Positions 1 to 9,811 of a stretch of 64,000 nucleotides of DNA are shown piece by piece. The notes beneath the pieces were generated by a model. That model ran no database searches. It was not told the DNA's origin and worked only from the letters and a program-made list of their open reading frames with translations. This stretch comes from an uncultured Gammaproteobacteria bacterium (GTDB lineage: Bacteria > Pseudomonadota > Gammaproteobacteria > JABCZS01). Position numbers and translations under genes: made by a program. Within the stretch, counting starts at the first letter, position 1. The number at the start of each line of letters is the position of its first letter. The DNA is taken from assembly GCA_963848305.1 (NCBI GenBank), contig CAWKDC010000001.1:640001-704000 (forward strand). Reading direction: 5' to 3'.

Positions 1-60
1 AACTTGAGCAAAAACGGTAGAATCAGCCTGTCCTCATGGGTTTGAAGAAGGAGAGGCAAC

Positions 61-1029
61 ATGAATGTATTGATTGTTAAACTCACCTCCATGGGAGATC
101 TGGTTCATACCCTCCCCGCCATCACTGATGCGGTCGGCCATGTACCCGATATTCATTTTGACTGGATAGTCGACGAGTCTTTTGCTGATATCCCAGCACT
201 TCATCCACGCATTGAGCAATTGTTTAAAACGGCACATCGACGTTGGAAAAAGCAACTTTTTCACACATTCATGAGTGGGGAGCTGCTCACGCTGTTCCGT
301 ACACTGCGTCAAAAAAAATATGACATTGTGATCGATGCGCAAAATAATCTGAAAAGTGCCGTCATCACAGGGCTCGCAAAAGGGGTACGGTGTGGGATGG
401 ACAAAAACAGTGTGCGTGAAAAAGGCGCCAGTTGGGTGTGTGATAGGACGTTTGCCATACCAGTTCATCAACATGCGATTGATCGTCAACGCCAACTCTT
501 TGCAAAGGTGCTGGGTTATCCCGTGCCCAATACTCCTCCCGACTTCGGTATTTCCACAGAACAATTACCCAAACTGTCTATTGATATCCCCAAGCCTTAT
601 CTTGTCTTCATCCATAGCACCACATGGGACACTAAACATTGGCCTGAAACTTATTGGGAACAACTGATCGCCCTGGCCACTGCAGCGGGTTACCACGTTG
701 TATTGCCTTGGGGAAACGCCATCGAACAGGCCCGCGCGACGCGCTTGAGCAAAGTTAACGCCCATACGACTGTTTTGCCGCGTCTCAGTATTCGTGAACA
801 AGCCAGCATGATTTTGGGTTCAGCTGGTGCTGTCTGCGTCGACACAGGATTGGGGCATCTTACCGCTGCTTTGAACGTACCCGCGGTCCATTTGTATGGG
901 CCGACTGATCCTGCCCTGATTGGCGCAACGGGTCACCATCAAGCCCATTTAGTGGCTGAAAGTGGCTCTTTGAGCGATCTTCACCCACAAACCGTGTGGG
1001 ACGCCATGCGAGCTCAACTCAAGTCTTGA
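61..1029 (+). CDS. waaC: Lipopolysaccharide heptosyltransferase I (GT9)
   Basis: N-terminal MNVLIVKLTSMGDLVHTLPA, plus KHWPE, VDTGLGHL and LYGPTDP motifs; RBS GGAGAGG upstream. Confidence 0.93.
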   Translation: MNVLIVKLTSMGDLVHTLPAITDAVGHVPDIHFDWIVDESFADIPALHPRIEQLFKTAHRRWKKQLFHTFMSGELLTLFRTLRQKKYDIVIDAQNNLKSAVITGLAKGVRCGMDKNSVREKGASWVCDRTFAIPVHQHAIDRQRQLFAKVLGYPVPNTPPDFGISTEQLPKLSIDIPKPYLVFIHSTTWDTKHWPETYWEQLIALATAAGYHVVLPWGNAIEQARATRLSKVNAHTTVLPRLSIREQASMILGSAGAVCVDTGLGHLTAALNVPAVHLYGPTDPALIGATGHHQAHLVAESGSLSDLHPQTVWDAMRAQLKS

Positions 1030-2012
1030 TGGATTTTCCTGGCGATTTCTATCGCATCTGTCGCTGCCCCTCGTCTTAAGTTATCCGAGCACAGCCATAG
1101 TTGTAAGCCATTAGGCAAAGCTGGATCGAGTCGCATACGCCCGACAAACACATTGTCTTGTCCGACGACTTCAACAGGCGTATGATACTGATCCTCCGAT
1201 AATGTCACACTGTTCGCTCCTTTCAATATCTCGCGCAGCGCAGGCAATGTAGGCTGACGCTCAAATGAGAGTGTTAGCGCAATTGAATGCCCAATCATGA
1301 CAGGCACACGCACAGCCATGGCACTGATGGGAAATGAAGCTTTCAGCACTTTATGCACTTCATGAATGATTTTAAATTCTTCGCTGGTCATGCCATCGGC
1401 TCCAATCGACCCTACTTGCGGGATTACATTGAAGGCAATTTGACGCATGAACACGTGGGGGACAACGGGCTGGTCATTTACCACATCAGCAGTTTGACTG
1501 AAGCATTCATCCATTGCGGATTTACCGGCTCCCGACGTTGACTGATACGTTGATACATTCATATAAGTCACACCCAAAGCCTGGTGCAATGGCGCAATAA
1601 CGGTCGAAATGGGAGAAGCCAAACAGTTGGCGTGCGAATACAGTTTTTGGGATGGATTCACGAGGTGAAGATTCACGGGGGGAATGATCAGCGGGACATC
1701 TTTATCTAAACGGAAATGCGAACTTGAGTCAACAACATACGCGCCGAGGCGCAAGGCGACAGGCACCCATTCAGCAGACACATCGCTTTCAGTGCAAAAA
1801 AGCACGACATCCTGATTTGAAAGTGATTTTTCTGACAATGACTGAAGCAGGAATCGTTTGTCATCTACCACCAAAGGCAACCCAGCCGATCTTTCAGACG
1901 CAATGGGTGTGATGTCAGCGCCTGCCGACCAAGAATCCCTTAACAATTGTGCAATCACTCGACGACCGACATTCCCACTGGCACCAACGATAGCGATATG
2001 AAAAGATGACAT
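1014..2012 (-). CDS. asd: Aspartate-semialdehyde dehydrogenase
   Basis: IAIVGASGNVG, catalytic ANC, STYQSTSGAG, RVPV and DNLRRGAA motifs; start set at ATG 2012 after a GAGGAGG RBS. Confidence 0.93.
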   Translation of the reverse strand: MSSFHIAIVGASGNVGRRVIAQLLRDSWSAGADITPIASERSAGLPLVVDDKRFLLQSLSEKSLSNQDVVLFCTESDVSAEWVPVALRLGAYVVDSSSHFRLDKDVPLIIPPVNLHLVNPSQKLYSHANCLASPISTVIAPLHQALGVTYMNVSTYQSTSGAGKSAMDECFSQTADVVNDQPVVPHVFMRQIAFNVIPQVGSIGADGMTSEEFKIIHEVHKVLKASFPISAMAVRVPVMIGHSIALTLSFERQPTLPALREILKGANSVTLSEDQYHTPVEVVGQDNVFVGRMRLDPALPNGLQLWLCSDNLRRGAATDAIEIARKIHQDLS

Positions 2013-2129
2013 GAAAAAGACCTCCTCAAAAGAAATCAAAATATATCATGAATGACGGTAAGTCGGGAGAAAAGCAAATTCTGAAATCAGTGTTACACTT
2101 AACCTATTGATCCAAAGCCAAAAGGACTT

Positions 2130-3272
2130 GTGCCCGTGAATGGATTACTGACAATAGCCCTCAAATTACTTGCAAATGATCGCGGTAAATTTTTTACCCT
2201 GATCGTTGGGGTTTCTTTCGCGGTATTTTTGATGATGCAAATGACCTGTATGTTTGCTGGACTCATGCGCCGCACCGGATCTGATATCTTCAATATCAAT
2301 GCGTCCATGTGGGTCATGGATCCCTCGCTCAACTCACAAGTTGATAATATCCCCATGCCTGATTATGTCCTGGATGCTGTTCGCAGCATTAAAGGTGTTA
2401 AATACGCTGTCCCGCTCTATACAGGCAGTGGCTTGGCCAAACTCAGCACGGGTCGCTATCAAGCAGTGAGTATTCTCGGCATAGACGATGCGACCCTATT
2501 CGGCCGACCCTATATGCTAGAGGGAAATATTGTCAACATTTACAATGACGATGCTTATATTGCGATCAAGGATGCAGAATTTGACAAACTGGATGGGGCA
2601 AAAATAGGCACAACTTTTGAGATCAATGATAATCGCGGTGTCATCGTGGGGATTGGCAAAGCCTCAGTGGGAGGCCTGTTTGGTACGCCCAGTTTATACA
2701 CCACCTATCGACGCGCCATTTCGGTTTTACCACAAACACGGTTTACACAGTCTTTTATTCTCCTTGAACCCAAATCCAAAAAAGATATTGTGAATATCCA
2801 AAATGATGTTAAAGCATTGGGATATCTCGCGTTGACCCGGGATCAATTTTATCAAAAAAACAGAGATTATTATCTTTATAAAACAGGGTTAGGCACCAAC
2901 GTGATGATCATGACATTCATCAGTTTTATCGTTGGTCTTTCCATCGCGGGTCAAACCTTTTATACTTTCGTGATAGAAAATCTTCAAGAATTTGGGGCAC
3001 TTAAAGCCATTGGTGCTAAGAAAAAAGAATTAATCACCATTATATTCTTTCAATCTTCTGTCGTAGGATTTTTGGGGTATGGATTCGGCATGTTTTTATC
3101 CATGAGTGTCATTGCATTTGCAAAACTCAGGCTCGCCAATTATGCTGCATTGGTCACGCTTGAGAATATGTTCTTCACCCTCTTGATGGTGTTGGTGATT
3201 GTCGCTTTTTCGAGTTATCTCGGCATACGAAAAGTGATCACAATTGATCCATTTGATATATTCAGGGGATAA
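2130..3272 (+). CDS. ABC transporter permease, FtsX/MacB/DevC-like
   Basis: N-terminal TM helix, large periplasmic domain, three C-terminal TMs with EFGALKAIGA motif. Confidence 0.88.
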   Translation: MPVNGLLTIALKLLANDRGKFFTLIVGVSFAVFLMMQMTCMFAGLMRRTGSDIFNINASMWVMDPSLNSQVDNIPMPDYVLDAVRSIKGVKYAVPLYTGSGLAKLSTGRYQAVSILGIDDATLFGRPYMLEGNIVNIYNDDAYIAIKDAEFDKLDGAKIGTTFEINDNRGVIVGIGKASVGGLFGTPSLYTTYRRAISVLPQTRFTQSFILLEPKSKKDIVNIQNDVKALGYLALTRDQFYQKNRDYYLYKTGLGTNVMIMTFISFIVGLSIAGQTFYTFVIENLQEFGALKAIGAKKKELITIIFFQSSVVGFLGYGFGMFLSMSVIAFAKLRLANYAALVTLENMFFTLLMVLVIVAFSSYLGIRKVITIDPFDIFRG

Positions 3273-3273
3273 C

Positions 3274-3960
3274 ATGATTCTTGAAGCTCAACATATCAAA
3301 AAGTTCTTTGGCGAAGGTGACAGCATCACTTATGCGTTGCATGATGTGACCTTTGAACTCGATTATGGTGAAATGCTCTATATTATTGGCCCATCTGGCT
3401 CTGGCAAAACAACGTTATTAAGTATTATCTCCGGTATCTTAAGGCCCAATGAAGGGAGTGTGCATGTAGAAGGTAAAGACATCTGGCAACTGAGCGATGA
3501 TGATTTATCAGATTTTAGATTGTACACCATCGGCTTTGTCTTTCAGGATTTTCATTTATTCAATACGCTCACCACCAAAGAAAATGTGGCCGTCCCTTTA
3601 ATTCTTCAAAACAAAACCATGGATGTTGCTCTTGAAGAAGCTGAAAAAAGATTAAAAATTGTGGGCCTAGAAAATAGAATGAACCTAATGCCTAATAAGC
3701 TCAGCATTGGAGAACAGCAGCGAGTAGCCATTGCACGTGCGATGATCACAGAACCCGATATTTTAATTTTCGATGAGCCCACTGCTTCACTTGATGGAGA
3801 AACGGGCAAACGCATCATCTCATTTATCAAAGAAAATATATTAACGCCTAAAAGAGCCATTATCATCGTGACACACGACAATCGTATTTATGATTTTGCA
3901 ACACGCATTATCAGGGTAGAAGACGGAAGAATGAAAGAAGGATTAGGGAGTGAATCATGA
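3274..3960 (+). CDS. ABC transporter ATP-binding protein (LolD/MacB/DevA-like)
   Basis: Walker A GPSGSGKTT, signature LSIGEQQR, Walker B ILIFDEPT, H-loop VTHD. Confidence 0.93.
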   Translation: MILEAQHIKKFFGEGDSITYALHDVTFELDYGEMLYIIGPSGSGKTTLLSIISGILRPNEGSVHVEGKDIWQLSDDDLSDFRLYTIGFVFQDFHLFNTLTTKENVAVPLILQNKTMDVALEEAEKRLKIVGLENRMNLMPNKLSIGEQQRVAIARAMITEPDILIFDEPTASLDGETGKRIISFIKENILTPKRAIIIVTHDNRIYDFATRIIRVEDGRMKEGLGSES

Positions 3961-4892
3961 AAACGAATAAACTATTCATGCTGGCATCCGGCGGCATTCT
4001 CGCAGGTTTGATCAGCGTCTATTTCTACAACGAAAATATTAAACCTCAACAACCACTTGGGGTCAGCTATAATCCTTATGAGGCAGGCATTTATGCAACA
4101 GGCATCGTGGAAAGTTTTCAAAAAAATGGTTCAAATATGAATCTCTATCCTGAGGCAGCTGGCAATGTGATTGATATCAAAGTACAGGATGGAACACACG
4201 TCAAAAAAGGGGATCTGCTTCTTGTTGTTGAACATGATGAGGCGCAAGCCACTGTCAACATGGATAAGGCCACAGTCCAATTAAATAGAGACAATCTTGT
4301 CACAGTTCAACAACAATATGACAAATTGAAAAAAGCCTATGATCTCAATCCGAAATCCGTGAGCAAAAACGATTTGGATAATGCAAAAAATGCAGTCATT
4401 GCAACTAAACAGGATATCGTCGTGGCCGAAGCACTTTTAGCCACTGACGTTGCAGCACTGGAAAACTATTTCATGACATCACCAGCTGAGGGTATAATTT
4501 TGCGGGTCGTTCCTGCACTCGGCGATTATGTCTCTCCTGTTGTAGGTGCTTATGATACATATACACAAGGCAACCTTCCAGTCATTCAAATTGCGCAAGT
4601 CTCACCCTATTATCAAGTGCGAGTATTCGTAGATGAAATCTTAACACCGCAATTGCCTGACCCTTCAAAATTAGAAGCAACCCTCTTTGTGCGTGGCATG
4701 AATAATAAAGCGATTCCTTTAGAATACGTCAACACTCAACCATTCACGATTCCAAATATTGAATTATCTGATCAACGCAATGAACGTGTGGACGTTAGGG
4801 TTTTACCTATCCTATTTAAATTTGAAAAACCGAAAGATATCACGGTCTATCCTGGACAACTGGTCGATATTTACATTAAAGGTAAACCATGA
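3957..4892 (+). CDS. Periplasmic adaptor (HlyD/MFP family) of a tripartite exporter
   Basis: N-terminal anchor, lipoyl-like halves (VQDGTHVKKGD; SPAEG), coiled hairpin, ERVDVRVL...PGQLVDIYI; ATGA overlaps with both neighbours. Confidence 0.87.
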   Translation: MKTNKLFMLASGGILAGLISVYFYNENIKPQQPLGVSYNPYEAGIYATGIVESFQKNGSNMNLYPEAAGNVIDIKVQDGTHVKKGDLLLVVEHDEAQATVNMDKATVQLNRDNLVTVQQQYDKLKKAYDLNPKSVSKNDLDNAKNAVIATKQDIVVAEALLATDVAALENYFMTSPAEGIILRVVPALGDYVSPVVGAYDTYTQGNLPVIQIAQVSPYYQVRVFVDEILTPQLPDPSKLEATLFVRGMNNKAIPLEYVNTQPFTIPNIELSDQRNERVDVRVLPILFKFEKPKDITVYPGQLVDIYIKGKP

Positions 4893-6343
4893 AGACGATC
4901 ATTCAAAATACAATCTGTATTGTCAGCACACTGATGCTGAGCAGTTGTACTTTATATCAAAAACCTGATACACCGGTACCGAATTATCCCCATTCTTTTA
5001 AAGTCTCAGTGAAAGAGATCGATCCTGAACTTAAAAACAATTGGTGGGAAAATTTTAATGATAATACCCTGAATGATCTTGTGCAAAAAGCCCTTAAAAC
5101 AAATTATAGTTATCAAATTGCACTCAATAATATTAACATTGCTCAAACATATGTTGATATGAATATGACAGCACTTTTCCCACAGCTAGGTATTGATTTC
5201 GGAAGCTCACGAAACTTGGGGATTCTCAATGTTGGAAATTCTAGTTCTTCAGCACCTCAATTAATTTCGCCCTCATCTGTACCCGTTCCATTTAATTTGA
5301 GTTTCTTGGCAGCAACCGTTTCTTATGAAATTGATGTCTGGAACCAAGCTCACAACGCAGTTGATCAAGCAAAAGCAAATAAATTTAGCACAGAAGCCAA
5401 TACAAATGTAATGAGGCTTACCCTGATCAGTTCAGTTGTCAATACTTACTTTCAGATAGCAGCACTCACGCATAATATCGATAATCTCAAAAAGCAAGAA
5501 GCTGCAGCCAAGGAAATACTGGAACTCACGCGAATTCAATATGACAGTGAATTAATTGATGAGAGTAATGTTTTCCAGGCCAGCACGCAACTCGAAAATA
5601 TTAAAACGGTTTTGAATACCAATATAAAACAGCGTGATATTTTAGAATATGGTTTAGCTTATTTGGTCGGTGAATTTCCAGAAAATTACACCGTGTTACC
5701 AACTGTTAATCTTGATGAGATTAAATTAACACGATTGATACCTGCCGGTATTCCATCACAAGTGATCAGCACACGCCCTGATATTCAATCAACGGTAGGA
5801 CAAATACTGGCTTATGGTTATCTTGAAAAGCAAAGTATTGCTAATTTTTTACCCAGTTTTTCACTGTCTGCAACCTATGGTTTTGCGAGTGAGGTTTTAT
5901 CATCGCTTACACAGGGGAAAAATGAATTGTGGAATTATGGTACCAACGTGATTCAGATCATATTAGACTACCCCGCTCTGCTTGCCCAATACGAGCAATC
6001 TAAATTGCAGTATGAATCAGCTGTGTTAAACTACAAAAACACAGTTCAAAATGCATTTGTTGAAGTCAATTCTGCGCTGGTGTCTTACGAAGAAGATTTT
6101 AAAACGTTTCAATCCTACAAAATTGAAAAACACAATTCAACAGAATTACTTGGGATAGCGAAGGCTCAGTATGACGCAGGCTTGACCAATTACGTTAATT
6201 ATTTATCGAATGATTTAACCTTTCTTCAAAGCGATTACAACCTCACGAACCAACGTGTGGTTGTACTTCAGGACATTGTGCAAGCGTATAAATCAATGGG
6301 GCTGGGACTCGATGTCACCCTTTACGAACCCGGTACGCATTAA
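4889..6343 (+). CDS. Outer-membrane efflux lipoprotein (TolC/NodT/OprM family)
   Basis: Lipobox LSSC, WWENFND, SYEIDVW, RPDI, C-terminal YKSMGLG. Confidence 0.9.
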   Translation: MKTIIQNTICIVSTLMLSSCTLYQKPDTPVPNYPHSFKVSVKEIDPELKNNWWENFNDNTLNDLVQKALKTNYSYQIALNNINIAQTYVDMNMTALFPQLGIDFGSSRNLGILNVGNSSSSAPQLISPSSVPVPFNLSFLAATVSYEIDVWNQAHNAVDQAKANKFSTEANTNVMRLTLISSVVNTYFQIAALTHNIDNLKKQEAAAKEILELTRIQYDSELIDESNVFQASTQLENIKTVLNTNIKQRDILEYGLAYLVGEFPENYTVLPTVNLDEIKLTRLIPAGIPSQVISTRPDIQSTVGQILAYGYLEKQSIANFLPSFSLSATYGFASEVLSSLTQGKNELWNYGTNVIQIILDYPALLAQYEQSKLQYESAVLNYKNTVQNAFVEVNSALVSYEEDFKTFQSYKIEKHNSTELLGIAKAQYDAGLTNYVNYLSNDLTFLQSDYNLTNQRVVVLQDIVQAYKSMGLGLDVTLYEPGTH

Positions 6344-7120
6344 GTGTTCCCTCTTCAGGTAGAGAATATTATTTTTTAATTTCTGTCTTATATCAGGGTA
6401 TTTTTCCAAAAATTGATTATACTCCACCATCAACCATTCATATTCTTGAAATCTTTGACGATAATGCAGTGGGTCAGTACATCGTGGTTCCATATGTTCA
6501 TGAATAATCATTTGAACATCGGGTACCAAGCTGGGTACAAATCCAGCACTTACCAAGCGGAAAAACAGCTCAGTATCTTCAATCGTTTTCATTTTTTCAT
6601 CAAAAAAACCTATTTGATCAAGACACTCCCTCCGAAATGTGACACCTGCACTTGTTCCTATTGATAAAAAATCCTCAAATAATTCTGCAGTCCCATTATA
6701 TTCATCTCTAAAATGACGATAAAATGTTTTACTTACTCCTGCAGCATCATAACAGATATGCTTTGTTTGACAAAAACTGACACCCACTCGAGTTGGTTGC
6801 GATTCAAGGTGAACGAACGTTTTTGAAAGAAAGTTATCAGGATATTCGTCATCATCATCTAGCAAGGCAACATATTTTCCCTTTGCCAAAAATAGCGCAG
6901 CGTTTCTAGTCGATGCAGGTCCTCTTTGACTGCTCGCCTCAACGTAATGAATTCTTGGATCATTGATGAGAGAAAAAAATGTTGAATAACTAATGGTTGA
7001 GCTATCGTTGACAATAACAATGTCAAAATCAGTGAAAGTTTGTTTGAGAACACTTTGAACAGCTCGAACCAGCATATCTGGTCTGTTGTATGTCGGTATA
7101 ATTACTGTAAAAATAGGCAT
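6293..7120 (-). CDS. Glycosyltransferase family 2
   Basis: VIIPTYNR, VVNDSS-like motif, LLDDDD (DxD), EDTELFFRL. Confidence 0.92.
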   Translation of the reverse strand: MPIFTVIIPTYNRPDMLVRAVQSVLKQTFTDFDIVIVNDSSTISYSTFFSLINDPRIHYVEASSQRGPASTRNAALFLAKGKYVALLDDDDEYPDNFLSKTFVHLESQPTRVGVSFCQTKHICYDAAGVSKTFYRHFRDEYNGTAELFEDFLSIGTSAGVTFRRECLDQIGFFDEKMKTIEDTELFFRLVSAGFVPSLVPDVQMIIHEHMEPRCTDPLHYRQRFQEYEWLMVEYNQFLEKYPDIRQKLKNNILYLKREHLMRTGFVKGDIESQPH

Positions 7121-7145
7121 CGTTTCACCCTGCTCTCCAAGTAGA

Positions 7146-7191
7146 ATAATAGCAAAAATCTGATTGACAGGTCAATAAAAATATGTAACAT
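7146..7191. promoter_or_regulatory. Putative overlapping divergent sigma70 promoters around an ATTGAC-AG-GTCAAT palindrome
   Basis: + strand TTGACA (7164-7169), 16 nt, TAACAT; - strand TTGACC (7175-7170), 18 nt, TATTAT. Confidence 0.45.
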
Positions 7192-7221
7192 TCATCGTAG
7201 GTATGAATGGAGGAAAGTGCC

Positions 7222-7650
7222 ATGGATTGTTATCAAATCAAGTCTCGGGTCATCTATGAAAACATGGATCATGAGGTTATTATCATTAATTTCAATACTG
7301 GTGATTACTACTCGCTTCGCGAGACCGCGAAACTGATTTGGTCATGCATAGAAAACAATATTTCAGTCTCTCATATTATTACCGCTTTTGTACAACGCTT
7401 CCCAATTCAAATTGCTCAAATTGAACAAGATTTGAAACTATTTTTTCAACAACTCATGAATGAAAATCTCATTGAACCTTCTAGCTCAATTGATAATTCT
7501 TTTGATATTTCTATTTTACTTGATCAATCTCCTTTCAACTATTATGTGCAACCCGTTCTTCAAAAGTACTCTGACATTGATCAATTGTTATTGCTTGACC
7601 CAATCCATGATGTAGACAATACAGGCTGGCCGAATCAAGTGGAAGCTTAA
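7222..7650 (+). CDS. PqqD-family RiPP recognition element (RRE) with a C-terminal precursor-like tail
   Basis: EVIIINFNTGDYYSLRETAKLIW...DLKLFFQQLMNENLI fits the PqqD/RRE pattern; tail YYVQPVLQKYSDIDQLLLLDPIHDVDNTGWP; RBS GGAGGA before ATG 7222. Confidence 0.85.
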   Translation: MDCYQIKSRVIYENMDHEVIIINFNTGDYYSLRETAKLIWSCIENNISVSHIITAFVQRFPIQIAQIEQDLKLFFQQLMNENLIEPSSSIDNSFDISILLDQSPFNYYVQPVLQKYSDIDQLLLLDPIHDVDNTGWPNQVEA

Positions 7651-7652
7651 AA

Positions 7653-8687
7653 ATGCTCACAAATGCTGATCTGTTCCATCTACAAATCCATGCTTCATTT
7701 GAAGAATCCGCAATCGGATTACACGTCGAAGAGGCCTGCTACAGCATTGCAGGTCAAACGATTTTATTGAAGTCGTTAAACAAGAACATGCTGGACAAAT
7801 TAACCGCAGCACTTGCGCATGCAAAATTGGGTGCTTCAAATAATCCACACTTCACCATCCATATTTGGGATTCGGCATCTCTAGGTGTTCCAAACATTAA
7901 ATTTAACTGGCACGATGAGCACTCATCCTATGGGTTGCGAGGTGAGGTACGATTACATAATACTGATAACGTCTACACGATACTTGACATCCATACAGGC
8001 GCATTGATGCTTCTTAACAAAAAAACCAATCAAGGATATTATTGGATAGATAATGCCAATAGGCTTCCTTGGTGGGTCAGTGGTTCTCCGATGCAACAAC
8101 TGCTTAGCTGGTGGATGCGAGATCGAGGATTACAATTAACCCATGCTGGTGCAGTGGGTTATTCAAGTGGCGGCGTGATATTGGCAGGAAACAGCGGTGC
8201 AGGTAAATCTACTACGGCGCTGGCCTGCATGAAGTATGGGATGAAATTTGTCAGCGAAGATTATTGCTTACTCAGTGTTCAAGATCAATTGAAAGCGCAT
8301 TGTATTTATTCCTCAGCTAAACTTGAACAAAATACACTCAATTTTTTTCCTGAAATGAACGAACATATTGATAATAAAAATAGGACAGAACATGAAAAAG
8401 CTTTTTTATATCACCATCAAATTTGGCCTGATCGTATCGCTCAAGGTTTTCCAATAAAAGCAATCTTGGTTTTGAAAAGACAAAACACCACTCGTAGCTC
8501 TATTCAACCCGCTACAAAGGATGATGCCCTCAAAGCACTTGCCATCAGCACAATGTGGCAATTGACACATACGGGCATTCCAACATTTCAGTTATTGAAA
8601 AAGGCAACAGAATCTGTCCCTTGCTACTTCCTGCACTTGGGTCGTGACCTGCAGCATATCCCAGAGATCATTGGACATGTTTTATGA
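7653..8687 (+). CDS. HprK-related serine kinase (lasso/RiPP-associated type)
   Basis: LTHAGAV, P-loop GNSGAGKSTT, FVSED; lacks the canonical HprK EIRGLG signature. Confidence 0.82.
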   Translation: MLTNADLFHLQIHASFEESAIGLHVEEACYSIAGQTILLKSLNKNMLDKLTAALAHAKLGASNNPHFTIHIWDSASLGVPNIKFNWHDEHSSYGLRGEVRLHNTDNVYTILDIHTGALMLLNKKTNQGYYWIDNANRLPWWVSGSPMQQLLSWWMRDRGLQLTHAGAVGYSSGGVILAGNSGAGKSTTALACMKYGMKFVSEDYCLLSVQDQLKAHCIYSSAKLEQNTLNFFPEMNEHIDNKNRTEHEKAFLYHHQIWPDRIAQGFPIKAILVLKRQNTTRSSIQPATKDDALKALAISTMWQLTHTGIPTFQLLKKATESVPCYFLHLGRDLQHIPEIIGHVL

Positions 8688-9811
8688 ACATACTTTTTTG
8701 GACAGATCGATTTTATCCTGGCATCGGCGGCATTGAAACACAAACATTTCAATTGATTCAAGGTTTATTAACAAAAAATCATCGTTGTTTGGTTTTCGCA
8801 AATCAATATGATTTATCGCTACCCTTAAAAGAAACAGTCGACGGTATTGAAATAATCAGATACGATTTCTCACCGTTTCTTGAATGGAATATGAATGGTC
8901 GTGTTTTACTCAAGGAAGTTGAGACAGCTTTAAAAACTCTCTTTTCAACGTTTAAGCCAGATATTATCCACCTTTCTCTGTACGTTATCAGTCAAACAGG
9001 CATGTGCTTCTTGCTTTTACGAAAAATGATACCTTGTCCAGTTGTTTTTACTGTTCATGGTATACCATACACTCACGGTAAGCCCTATCATCTTTTCAAT
9101 TTTTTTCTCGAACAATCTGATCAAGTCTGTTGCGTCTCAAATTCGGTTGTTTCATTAGTTAATCAATTCGCTCCAAAAGTGTCCCATAAAACAAAGCTCA
9201 TTTACAATGGGCTTTCTCTACCTTCGGATCATCATACTCATTTACCCTATGATCCACCTGTCTTGTTATGCCTGGGAAGGCTTTCATCTGAGAAAGGATT
9301 TGACATTGCAATTAAAGCATTCTTGTATGCAAAAGCAGAATTTCCATCTGTAAAAATGATGATTGTCGGTAGTGGTTATGAAAATTCATCGCTTGAGAAA
9401 CTTGTTAATGATCTGAATCTGACTGATTCCATCATTTTTGAAGGAGCAGTGAAAGCAACTGATGTTCATTCATACATTAAGCGATCAACCATTGTATTAA
9501 TGCCATCATACTCTGAAACTTTCGGATTAGTGGCCGTTGAAGCAGCGCAGATGAAAAGGCCAGTCATTGCTTGTGCCACTGGCGGTCTTGTGGAAGTGAT
9601 TATTGATAATGAGACAGGCATATTGGTCCCACGTTATGATTATAAAGCTTTTTCACAGGCCATACTTAGACTATTAAACAACCCAGCTTTAGCCATTTAT
9701 TTAGGAGAAAATGCGTATAACCGTGCTAATCAAAAATTCTCTCTCAAGAATGTCGTCGAGAATTACGAAAGTGTATATCAAAAACTACTCACCTGTGAAG
9801 CAATACCATGA
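8684..9811 (+). CDS. Glycosyltransferase family 4 (GT-B)
   Basis: PGIGGIET, LGRLSSEKG, ETFGLVAVEA (EX7E). Confidence 0.93.
   Translation: MNILFWTDRFYPGIGGIETQTFQLIQGLLTKNHRCLVFANQYDLSLPLKETVDGIEIIRYDFSPFLEWNMNGRVLLKEVETALKTLFSTFKPDIIHLSLYVISQTGMCFLLLRKMIPCPVVFTVHGIPYTHGKPYHLFNFFLEQSDQVCCVSNSVVSLVNQFAPKVSHKTKLIYNGLSLPSDHHTHLPYDPPVLLCLGRLSSEKGFDIAIKAFLYAKAEFPSVKMMIVGSGYENSSLEKLVNDLNLTDSIIFEGAVKATDVHSYIKRSTIVLMPSYSETFGLVAVEAAQMKRPVIACATGGLVEVIIDNETGILVPRYDYKAFSQAILRLLNNPALAIYLGENAYNRANQKFSLKNVVENYESVYQKLLTCEAIP

Noticed and set aside
7653-8687. Canonical HPr kinase acting with nearby ptsP/ptsO
   Set aside because: It lacks the HprK EIRGLG signature and is coupled to the RRE and GT genes; proximity to ptsP looks like an insertion-site coincidence.
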